Part shown: positions 38,459 through 46,799 of the stretch, piece by piece | How the letters are laid out: each line of letters opens with the position of its first letter | Position numbering within the stretch: the first letter of the stretch is position 1 | Source of the DNA: Candidatus Falkowbacteria bacterium | Lineage (GTDB): Bacteria > Patescibacteriota > Patescibacteriia > UBA11705 | Length of the DNA stretch: 64,000 bases | Reading direction: 5' to 3' | NCBI GenBank assembly: GCA_003518055.1 | Contig: DOZJ01000006.1 | Coordinates: forward strand, 136,912 to 200,911 | Notes under the pieces: generated by a model | Databases searched by the model: none | The model's input: only the letters and a program-made list of their open reading frames with translations | Told to the model about the DNA's origin: nothing | Translations under genes and position numbers: made by a program

Positions 38459-40309
38459 ATGACGACTCACGAGCTCAGAAAAAAATATTTAGACTTTTTT
38501 AAAAGTAAAGGGCATGCCATCATTCTTTCCGCCTCTTTGATTCCGGAAAATGATCCAACGACATTATTTACCGGTTCCGGTATGCAGCCGATGGTGCCAT
38601 TTTTGCTTGGGCAAAAACATCCGCTTGGGACAAGAATTGCGGATTCGCAGCGGTCTTTTCGAACGCAAGATATAGAAGACGTGGGCGACAATAGACACAC
38701 GACTTGTTTTGAAATGCTTGGTAACTGGAGCCTCGGAGATTATTTTAAAGCAGAGCAAATTCCGTGGATGTTTGAATTTTTGACAGAAGAATTAAGGCTT
38801 GATCCCAATCGATTATACATTACCGTCTTTGGCGGCCAGAAGGAAATCGGGATTGACCGTGATGATGAAGCGGTTGAATTGTGGCAAGAGCAATTCAAGA
38901 AAAAAGGGATTGACGCTAAGGCGCTCGATGATGCGAAAGTTGATGGTATGCGCGACGGCCGGATTTTCTATTATGATGAAACCAAAAACTGGTGGAGTCG
39001 AGCTGGTATAACTTCAAATATGCCGGTCGGTGAACCGGGTGGCCCCGATTCGGAGATATTTTGGGATTTTGGCGTTGAAAGAAAAATACATGAAAATTCT
39101 ACTTACAAAAATGAAGAATGCCATGTAAATTGCGATTGCGGCCGATTCGTGGAAATCGGGAACAATGTTTTTATGCAATATATTAAAGCTGAAACTGGTT
39201 TTGATGAGTTATCGCAGCGAAACGTGGATTTCGGCGGTGGATTGGAACGCATGACAATGGCCACGATTGATTCACCGGATATTTTCCATATTGATTTGTT
39301 TCAAGTGGCGATAAAAAAACTGGAAGAACTCAGCGGAAAAAAATATAATGATAATGTTGAGGATGACAAAGCCTTTCGAATAATTGCCGATCATCTGAAA
39401 GCGGCGACCCTCTTAATTTATGATGGTGCGATTCCATCAAATGTGGATCAAGGTTATTTCACCCGCAGATTAATTCGACGGTCAATCCGTTATGCCAATC
39501 AATTGGGTATTACTAAACATTTTGCGATCGAAATAGTGGGATCATATATTGAATATTATTCTCAGGTTTACAATATTGCAGAAAAGAAAAATTTTATTAT
39601 TCAAGAAATTCTCAAAGAAGAAGAAAAATTCAGCAAAACTTTGGAGCGGGGAATCAAAGAGTTTGAAAAAATGGCGGAGAAAAAACAGATGAGCGGCGAG
39701 GAAGCGTTTGTTTTGTTCTCAACCTATGGCTTTCCATTTGAAATGACAGAGGAGTTGGCCAAGGAAAGCGGATTTGAAATTGACAGAGTCGCCTTTGATG
39801 CCAAATTTGCCAAGCATCAGGAACTCTCCCGTCAAGGCGCGGAAAAGAAGTTTAAGGGTGGGTTGGCTGATCATTCGGAGAAAACCACAAGATTGCATAC
39901 CGCCACTCATTTGCTTCATGCGGCGCTCCGAAAAGTTTTGGGCGATCATGTGTTTCAGAAGGGCAGCAATATTACGGAAGAACGGCTTCGATTTGATTTT
40001 TCCCATCCGGAAAAGATGACACCAGAGCAGCTTGAACAAGTTCAGACGTTGGTTAACGGCTGGATAAAAGCCGATTATCAGGTGAGCTGTGAGGAATTGC
40101 CTTACGATGAAGCCAGAAAACGAAATGTGATGGGTTTGTTTGACGATAAATATGGTGATATAGTAAAAGTGTATTCGGTTGGCGATATCTCAGCTGAAAT
40201 GTGTGGCGGACCGCATGTTACTCATACCGGTGAGCTTGGACAGTTTGAAATAAAGAAAGAAGAAGCCAGTTCGGCCGGTGTCAGAAGAATTAAAGCAATA
40301 TTAAATTAA
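38459..40309 (+). CDS. alaS: Alanine--tRNA ligase, short form lacking C-Ala
   Basis: ELRKKYLDFF, LFTGSGMQP, FEMLGNWS, HTATHLL, CGGPHV, ends at GVRRIKAIL; start at MTTHEL. Confidence 0.95.
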   Translation: MTTHELRKKYLDFFKSKGHAIILSASLIPENDPTTLFTGSGMQPMVPFLLGQKHPLGTRIADSQRSFRTQDIEDVGDNRHTTCFEMLGNWSLGDYFKAEQIPWMFEFLTEELRLDPNRLYITVFGGQKEIGIDRDDEAVELWQEQFKKKGIDAKALDDAKVDGMRDGRIFYYDETKNWWSRAGITSNMPVGEPGGPDSEIFWDFGVERKIHENSTYKNEECHVNCDCGRFVEIGNNVFMQYIKAETGFDELSQRNVDFGGGLERMTMATIDSPDIFHIDLFQVAIKKLEELSGKKYNDNVEDDKAFRIIADHLKAATLLIYDGAIPSNVDQGYFTRRLIRRSIRYANQLGITKHFAIEIVGSYIEYYSQVYNIAEKKNFIIQEILKEEEKFSKTLERGIKEFEKMAEKKQMSGEEAFVLFSTYGFPFEMTEELAKESGFEIDRVAFDAKFAKHQELSRQGAEKKFKGGLADHSEKTTRLHTATHLLHAALRKVLGDHVFQKGSNITEERLRFDFSHPEKMTPEQLEQVQTLVNGWIKADYQVSCEELPYDEARKRNVMGLFDDKYGDIVKVYSVGDISAEMCGGPHVTHTGELGQFEIKKEEASSAGVRRIKAILN

Positions 40310-40318
40310 TATCAAAAT

Positions 40319-40579
40319 ATGGGGGAACGAAATATCCCAAGACGAGAGCCGTCATTGCATGACCCTGATAGAGTAGAAACTTTTATTAGAGTGGCACAGT
40401 TAATAGAAGCCGGACGTTTGCGTGAGGTGCCGGCGCAAGATTTTGGTGTTTACGTCGATATTTTTGGCCGGAGTTTAGACCAATTACGACGCGATGATCC
40501 GGATACATATGAAGAATTCCGTCGAAAGTTGCAGGTTAGATTTGAGGCGTTTAAGGAACTTAATCGAAATATTTTATGA
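40319..40579 (+). CDS. Hypothetical protein
   Basis: 86-aa ORF directly after alaS, overlapping the next start (ATGA). Confidence 0.55.
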   Translation: MGERNIPRREPSLHDPDRVETFIRVAQLIEAGRLREVPAQDFGVYVDIFGRSLDQLRRDDPDTYEEFRRKLQVRFEAFKELNRNIL

Positions 40580-40845
40580 CAAAAAAATGTGATCAATGCG
40601 GTGCGCCGATTGAAGGTTTTTTGGCCAAAATTTCGGCTCTGCTTGGAGTAAAAAAATCAGAGGCCAATCCAAATCAATGCAATAAATGTGATGCGCAGCC
40701 GGCCAATGAATCAAACACTGATCCAAATAAATCAGTCGAAATTACGCCGGCGTCGAATGGCGATGTGGCGGATGAAATTATCGATGAAAAAGATATGGTA
40801 CCAACCGAAAACGTGGATTCAGCGGCTGAAAAACATGAAATGTAA
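40576..40845 (+). CDS. Small protein with CxxC...CxxC and acidic tail
   Basis: CDQC...CNKC. Confidence 0.65.
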   Translation: MTKKCDQCGAPIEGFLAKISALLGVKKSEANPNQCNKCDAQPANESNTDPNKSVEITPASNGDVADEIIDEKDMVPTENVDSAAEKHEM

Positions 40846-40888
40846 ATGATAGAAAATAGAAAACACTCTGGATTCAGAGTGTTTTTTG

Positions 40889-41254
40889 TTAGTCTGGAAA
40901 TCCGCAGTCAATAAATGCAAAATCAAGCGGATTGTCATCTCTGCGGGCTGATCTTGGTCGTTTGCTGCGGTGGTAGCGATCCCAGGCTTTTTTAGTTTCT
41001 TGCTCTCTCCACTCTCGCCAAACTCCTCCGAAAAGCTGATTGAAAAGCTTGAAAATGATTTTTTTATTTTCAAATTTTTTTAGATGAGTTTGGTAAAATG
41101 GATAGTAATTCTCATCATAAAATTTGGCGAGAGCTAATAATCTATTTCTGAGCGCTAGTAGCTGGCAATGGATAAATGTGTCTCTTTCAAAACGGGCGAG
41201 ATGGCGGTTATAAAGTTTATATACTAAACTGGCGAGCCAAAGCCGTAGATTCAT
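40889..41254 (-). CDS. Hypothetical basic protein
   Basis: SD AAGGAGG; promoter TTGACA-16-TAAGTT at 41285-41312; shared terminator at 40858-40888. Confidence 0.7.
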   Translation of the reverse strand: MNLRLWLASLVYKLYNRHLARFERDTFIHCQLLALRNRLLALAKFYDENYYPFYQTHLKKFENKKIIFKLFNQLFGGVWREWREQETKKAWDRYHRSKRPRSARRDDNPLDFAFIDCGFPD

Positions 41255-41404
41255 GATGCCTCCTTGTGGGTCGGTGATGTTGATAACTTAGCATTTTTGC
41301 GTTTTTTGTCAAGGTAGCATTAAGCGTGATTTGTTGGTAAAATATAGTTCACGGTTTAAAGTCGTAACGCGTAACTCGAGATCCGTAATTCGTTTGAATA
41401 AAGT

Positions 41405-41779
41405 ATGGCTTATGATTTTTATGATTTAGATACCTGGAAAGTTGCTCATAGCTTTGTGATGGATATATACGAGTTGTCAAAATGTTTACCTAATGATGAA
41501 CGTTTTGGTTTAATTAGTCAGATTCGGCGTGCAGCTGTTTCTATAACTTCTAATATCGCTGAAGGGCATTCTCGCTTTTATTTTAAAGATAAAGTAAGAT
41601 TTTATTATTATGCAAGGGCTTCTGCAGCGGAAGTGTTGAGCCAACTTTTTATTTTTCGGGATTTGGGCTATTTGAATGAAAGCGAAATGACTAAAATGCT
41701 AGAAAAATGTAATAGAGTTAGAATGTTAATAAATGGCATGATTAGGGCAATCGAAACAGAAAATCAGAATGAGGTTTAA
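41405..41779 (+). CDS. Four-helix-bundle protein (23S rRNA IVP / bAvd-like family)
   Basis: F.DL.TWK, LP..ERFGLISQIRRAAVSITSNIAEG, ARASAAE; flanked by heptamer arrays. Confidence 0.9.
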   Translation: MAYDFYDLDTWKVAHSFVMDIYELSKCLPNDERFGLISQIRRAAVSITSNIAEGHSRFYFKDKVRFYYYARASAAEVLSQLFIFRDLGYLNESEMTKMLEKCNRVRMLINGMIRAIETENQNEV

Positions 41780-41804
41780 AATCAGTTCGAGCGAATATCG
41801 AATT

Positions 41805-44381
41805 ATGAATGACGAAAAACAAAATTTATCTATGCCCGAACCCACTCCAATGTTCAAACAATACAATGACATCAAAGAAAAATATTTGAATGATATTCTC
41901 TTTTTTCGTATGGGGGATTTTTATGAGATGTTTGGGGAGGACGCAAAGGTGGCGTCAAAAATTTTGAATATAACTTTAACGAAAAGAGCCAAGGGGACGG
42001 AAAATGAAATCCCGATGTGCGGTATTCCTTATCACGCGGCTGAGGGGTATATCGCCAAATTAACTAGAGCGGGGAAACGAGTGGCTGTATGCGAGCAAAC
42101 CAGCGATCCGGCGTTGCCGGGGATTGTCAAACGGGAAGTGGTTCGGATTGTTACTCCGGGTACTACTATGGATGACAGTGTTTTGGAGACCGGGCACAAC
42201 AATTATATTTTGAGTTTAATCTTGCAAAAAGATATCTGGGGTTTGGCATTGTGTGATTTGACGACAGGGGAGTTCCAAGCGAGCGAATTCAATGACTTTG
42301 AAATTATAAAAACCGAGGTTAACCGATTGGCTCCAAGTGAAGTGGTGGTGGTTCCGGAATTGTTCAATGATTCCCGTTACCATTCATATATTAAAACGTT
42401 GAAAAATATTCAGGTTTATACCTTGCCTCCGTATGTTGAAGCGGAGAAAGGTTTGATTAAACAGTTTAAGGTGAAAAATTTAGCTTCATTTGGTTTGGCG
42501 TCTTTACCCATGGCGATCGAGGCGGCTGGTTTGCTTTTAGCGTATCTTTCCGAGATGCAAAAAACATCACTTGAACATTTGCTGACAATCAAGAGATACG
42601 CGGCGGAAAATTATATGGTATTGGATCAGTCGACGATTCGTAACTTGGAATTGTTTCAAAACAATTGGGATTTTTCTCGTCGCGGCAGTTTGATCGAAGT
42701 GATTGATCGCACTCAGACGGGTATGGGCGCCCGGCTGCTGCGTCGTAACATGATTTTACCGTTTATCAGCGTGAATCAAATAGAAAAAAGACATGAGGCG
42801 GTGGCGGAATTGATCGACCAGCCGATAATTTGCAGCGATATTGGACTGAATTTAAAGCAAATGGCTGATTTTGAACGCTTGATTGGACGGATCGGGTGCG
42901 CTCGAGCTAATGCCAGGGATTTGGTGGCGCTTAAAAACAGTTTGTTATTGGTCGAACCGATTGTTAAGGTTTTGGTTGAGGTAAAATCAGAGGCATTATT
43001 GTCAATCAGAAATACTTTGCCTAGAAATGAAGTTTTGATTGATTTGATTCAAAATACGTTAGTGGATGAACCGCCGATCTTTTTAACTGAGGGCGGCATG
43101 ATTAGACCGGGGGTACATCAAGAATTAGATGAACTCCGTCAAGTGTCACATGGCGGCAAAGAGTGGCTGATGCGCTATCAATCTGAGCAGGTGGAATATT
43201 CTGGTATTTCTTCTTTAAAAGTTAAATATAACAAAGTTTTTGGATATTACATTGAAATCAGCAAAACAAATTTAGACTCGGTGCCGGAAAAGTATATCCG
43301 GAAACAGACTTTGGTCAACGCCGAACGGTTTATCACGCCGGAATTGAAAGAATACGAAGACAAAGTTCTTGGGGCGGAAGATAAAATTAGCCAGATTGAA
43401 TATCAATTGTTTAATGAATTGCGGGAAAAGGTGGTGAAATATTTTGCCGGCGTCCAAACAACCGCGCAATTAATTTCTGAACTTGATGTGATACTCAGTT
43501 TTGTCATTAGCGCGAAAGAACGGAAATATTGCCGGCCGCAGATGAATGATCGTGATGAAATTCGAATTGTTGATGGTCGTCATCCGGTGATTGAAACCAT
43601 TGAAGAGTTTTATGTCCCCAACGACACGGTTTTGGATCATGAGGCCAACGAATTGGTGATATTAACCGGTCCCAATATGAGCGGTAAATCCAGTTATTTG
43701 CGGCAAGTCGCGCTGATGACATTAATGGCGCAGATTGGATCATATGTTCCGGCCAAAGAAGCTAATTTGGCGGTGGCTGATCGAATTTTTACTCGGGTTG
43801 GAGCCAGCGATAATTTGAGCCAAGGTGTTTCAACTTTTATGAATGAAATGCAAGAGGCGGCCAACATTCTGAATAACGCGACAAAGCGTTCGTTGATAAT
43901 CTTAGATGAAATCGGGCGCGGCACCTCGACTTTTGATGGGGTGAGTATTGCGTGGGCGATTGTCGAATATATTCATGATATGATTCGAGCCAAAACTTTG
44001 TTTGCCACTCATTATCATGAACTGACCGATTTACCCAACAAACTTCAAAGAGCGGAAAATTATTGTGTGGCGGTGTCTGAAAAAGATGGCCGGGTGATTT
44101 TTCTTCATAAAATTATCAAAGGTGCGACCAGTGACAGTTATGGCATAGAAGTTGCCAAACTGGCCGGTCTGCCGGCCAAAATAATCGATCGAGCCGAAGA
44201 AGTGCTTCGCGAGCTGGAAGAAAAATCAAATATCCAAATCGATAAACCGGTCCAAACAAGTTTACAATTGTCACCGAGAGAAGAAAAATTAACGCGCGAA
44301 ATCGCCAAGGTCGATCCAAATAATTTAACCCCGATTGAAGCGTTGCAGCAGATTGAAAAATGGAAACGGGAGCTAGAGTAA
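41805..44381 (+). CDS. mutS: DNA mismatch repair protein MutS
   Basis: TPMFKQY, FFRMGDFYE, TGPNMSGKS, DEIGRGTSTFDG, FATHYHEL; start may be 41832. Confidence 0.97.
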   Translation: MNDEKQNLSMPEPTPMFKQYNDIKEKYLNDILFFRMGDFYEMFGEDAKVASKILNITLTKRAKGTENEIPMCGIPYHAAEGYIAKLTRAGKRVAVCEQTSDPALPGIVKREVVRIVTPGTTMDDSVLETGHNNYILSLILQKDIWGLALCDLTTGEFQASEFNDFEIIKTEVNRLAPSEVVVVPELFNDSRYHSYIKTLKNIQVYTLPPYVEAEKGLIKQFKVKNLASFGLASLPMAIEAAGLLLAYLSEMQKTSLEHLLTIKRYAAENYMVLDQSTIRNLELFQNNWDFSRRGSLIEVIDRTQTGMGARLLRRNMILPFISVNQIEKRHEAVAELIDQPIICSDIGLNLKQMADFERLIGRIGCARANARDLVALKNSLLLVEPIVKVLVEVKSEALLSIRNTLPRNEVLIDLIQNTLVDEPPIFLTEGGMIRPGVHQELDELRQVSHGGKEWLMRYQSEQVEYSGISSLKVKYNKVFGYYIEISKTNLDSVPEKYIRKQTLVNAERFITPELKEYEDKVLGAEDKISQIEYQLFNELREKVVKYFAGVQTTAQLISELDVILSFVISAKERKYCRPQMNDRDEIRIVDGRHPVIETIEEFYVPNDTVLDHEANELVILTGPNMSGKSSYLRQVALMTLMAQIGSYVPAKEANLAVADRIFTRVGASDNLSQGVSTFMNEMQEAANILNNATKRSLIILDEIGRGTSTFDGVSIAWAIVEYIHDMIRAKTLFATHYHELTDLPNKLQRAENYCVAVSEKDGRVIFLHKIIKGATSDSYGIEVAKLAGLPAKIIDRAEEVLRELEEKSNIQIDKPVQTSLQLSPREEKLTREIAKVDPNNLTPIEALQQIEKWKRELE

Positions 44382-44494
44382 AAACGGTTAATTATTTAAA
44401 TTAAATTTTTAATGTTGACAAAAGTTATTTTTGTTTGTATATTTTTTTGAAGTCATATTAAGTATTATCCACACCACCAAGAAGGGAGGCCGAG

Positions 44495-44842
44495 ATGCTA
44501 GCGGGTGTAGCGACTCTTGGAGCCCTCGTTATTGTTTTTTCCTTGATTTGTTTTGTTTTTATTATCGGGGCGAATACCTCGACCAATTCTCCAAGGGCGG
44601 CTTTGGGGGCTTTGGCCATGATTTCTTGGGTGATTACTACCTCTTTGCTGATTATTTTCTTTATTTTTGTCGTGGGCAGCGGTTCAATGGTAGTGGTTCT
44701 TCTGGGTTGTTTGGCGTTGTTTTTTCAGCTGGTAATGGCTTTGAGTATGTTTGGGGGTGAACTCGCTATCGCTTTGTCCAGTATTATTTCTTTGGGCATG
44801 AATATTTCGTTTTATGTGGTTACTTTGGCTAATTTGAGTTAA
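44495..44842 (+). CDS. Small four-TM membrane protein
   Basis: Highly hydrophobic; SD GGGAGG; promoter TTGACA-17-TATATT at 44415-44443. Confidence 0.72.
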   Translation: MLAGVATLGALVIVFSLICFVFIIGANTSTNSPRAALGALAMISWVITTSLLIIFFIFVVGSGSMVVVLLGCLALFFQLVMALSMFGGELAIALSSIISLGMNISFYVVTLANLS

Positions 44843-45024
44843 AACAGTATAAAAGATGCTGTTTTTTTGATGGCAGACAGATGTCGGTATTTTATTTTGA
44901 AAGAATTGTTTATGATCACGGCGTTAACAGTAGTGTTCGGATTGTCTTGACAAACATGATAAAAAGAATAAGGTAAACTGTTAAGTTCCTTTAAAATTTT
45001 CCACGAAAACAAGGAGGACGAGCC

Positions 45025-45813
45025 ATGCTGTGGAACATAGTAATTTTAGTTTGCGCACTGGTAGCCATTTTGACCGGATTGGGTTTTATCATTTCCCACT
45101 TATTGGCGAGCGGCCGCGGTGAGCAGGCGGATACGGTTTATCGAGTTAGTCGTGGTATTCATGGTTTTGCGCGAAAAGTTGTCGGTATGGGCCGTGATCG
45201 TTTCGGAGTCAATCAGGATGCCGGAAAGTCGGGCCTTAAAAATATGGTGCTATTAACATTGTGGGATATGGTGGAGAAGAATTTGGACCAATGGAATCCG
45301 GCTTTGCAGGTGAAACGTGACTTTGAACAGCTGATTCAATCTACAATGCAGCTAATTGTCGAGGCGCAGATCAACGCGGAAAGATTAGGATCAGCTGAAG
45401 CTCAGGAGTATTTGGTTGAATGCCTGGAAGATTTGCGGACAATAGCGGCGAGACTTCCCCAATTGGAATCAATCGTTGAAACGAAAAATCAGATTATCCA
45501 AATATGGCGTGACGTTGAACTAATCGCCAAGGCGCAGAGTTTTAATGATAGCAACAAGTCTGAAACTGATTCTGCTTCAAGCGCCGGGTCGGCCAAAAGT
45601 TATTATGAGATTTTGGGGGTTGCCTCGGGCGCGACTTTAGAAGAAATTAAGCACGCGTATAAAAATCTAGCGGCGTTGTATCATCCGGACAAGTACGCTC
45701 ATTTGGCTGATGATATGAGGCAGGAGGCTGAACGGCGATTCCGAGAAATTAATTTGGCTCACTCTGTTTTGTCGGATAGACAGAAAAGAAGCGCTTATGA
45801 CCAATCACTTTGA
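45025..45813 (+). CDS. Membrane-anchored protein with C-terminal J domain
   Basis: N-terminal TM; YYEILGV...YHPDK...INLAHSVLSD..KRSAYD; SD AAGGAGG. Confidence 0.88.
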   Translation: MLWNIVILVCALVAILTGLGFIISHLLASGRGEQADTVYRVSRGIHGFARKVVGMGRDRFGVNQDAGKSGLKNMVLLTLWDMVEKNLDQWNPALQVKRDFEQLIQSTMQLIVEAQINAERLGSAEAQEYLVECLEDLRTIAARLPQLESIVETKNQIIQIWRDVELIAKAQSFNDSNKSETDSASSAGSAKSYYEILGVASGATLEEIKHAYKNLAALYHPDKYAHLADDMRQEAERRFREINLAHSVLSDRQKRSAYDQSL

Positions 45814-45828
45814 CCAAGGAGGATGCTG

Positions 45829-46617
45829 ATGACTGATGATAAACTAGAGCGTGTTGCCTCGGTTGATATTGGACGGTTGCGGCGAAAAAGAATGGCGGAA
45901 CAAACTGTTGGCGCACTTGTGGCTGGAAAAAACATGGTTCCAGATTTGCAATTGGTGGTGATGGCTGATATTACCGGCAGTATGTATAAATACTTTGATG
46001 AAGTAAGGCAAAAATTTGCTGAAATTGTGGCGGCGGTAAAAAAAGAAGTGCCCCGATCACAATTCGCGGTTTTTGCTTATCGTAATCATGGTGATGAAGA
46101 TCGATATGATCAGATATTTTACGCGTCACCATTATCGAGTGATGAAGAAGCAGTTGCGAAGTTTATTCGTGACATTAAACGCGGCGGCGGTGGATCGGAC
46201 GCGCTTACTTGCATGGAAGATTGTCTGCGGGAAGCAAATGGTTTGACGTGGCAGTCAAAAGCGCAGAAAGCGATAGTGATTGTTGGCGACATGCCTCCTC
46301 ATGGAGTGTTGGATTCGCTGGATAAATGTTATCGAGGGATTGATTATCGAGCGGAGATTTCTGCGTTGAAGAATAATGGTGTCCGGATTTATCCGGTTTT
46401 TTGCGGCGACAATCAGCGAGTGAAGGATTTTTATCAATCAATGGCGGTCCAAACCGGCGGCCGATTGATGGATTTGGCGCATATTGGTGAAATTGTTACA
46501 TTACTGGTCGCTGTTTGCATGAAAGAAACAGGCAAGTTGGATAAGTTTTTAGCCGATTTACGGGCGCAAAAACAGCTTAGTCCCGGTCAGGAACGGATTA
46601 TCAAAGCTTTGTTGTGA
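45829..46617 (+). CDS. von Willebrand factor A (vWA) domain protein
   Basis: MIDAS-like DITGSM, AYRNHGD, GGG.D, VGDMPPH; start at the ATG 6 nt after GGAGG (alternative 45823). Confidence 0.88.
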   Translation: MTDDKLERVASVDIGRLRRKRMAEQTVGALVAGKNMVPDLQLVVMADITGSMYKYFDEVRQKFAEIVAAVKKEVPRSQFAVFAYRNHGDEDRYDQIFYASPLSSDEEAVAKFIRDIKRGGGGSDALTCMEDCLREANGLTWQSKAQKAIVIVGDMPPHGVLDSLDKCYRGIDYRAEISALKNNGVRIYPVFCGDNQRVKDFYQSMAVQTGGRLMDLAHIGEIVTLLVAVCMKETGKLDKFLADLRAQKQLSPGQERIIKALL

Positions 46618-46619
46618 TA

Positions 46620-46649
46620 GCGGATAGCTTAAAGAGTTATCCGTTTTTG
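46620..46649 (+). terminator. Intrinsic terminator of the J-domain/vWA operon
   Basis: gcggatagctt/gagttatccgt stem plus T-run. Confidence 0.75.
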
Positions 46650-46653
46650 TTGT

Positions 46654-46759
46654 TTTAACTATAACTACGGAAGTTAGACCGTGTTATAAAATATATCAGA
46701 ATAGTATTTTATTGTATTTTTTATCTTATTTTAGCTAAATTTCTGTAGTTATAGTTAAA
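46654..46759. mobile_element. MITE-like element with ~24-bp terminal inverted repeats
   Basis: tttaactataactacggaagttag ... ctaaatttctgtagttatagttaaa (outer 15 bp perfect), AT-rich interior. Confidence 0.5.
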
Positions 46760-46764
46760 GCCAA

Positions 46765-46793
46765 TTGACAAATATAAAAAACTATGCTGTAAT
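46765..46793 (+). promoter_or_regulatory. sigma70-type promoter of the candidate large ncRNA
   Basis: TTGACA-17-TGTAAT with TGn extended -10. Confidence 0.7.
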
Positions 46794-46799
46794 GGACTA

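Noticed and set aside
41405-41779. Diversity-generating retroelement (Avd-like gene)
   Set aside because: No reverse transcriptase and no TR/VR pair with adenine-specific differences; the mnmA repeat differences are not A-restricted
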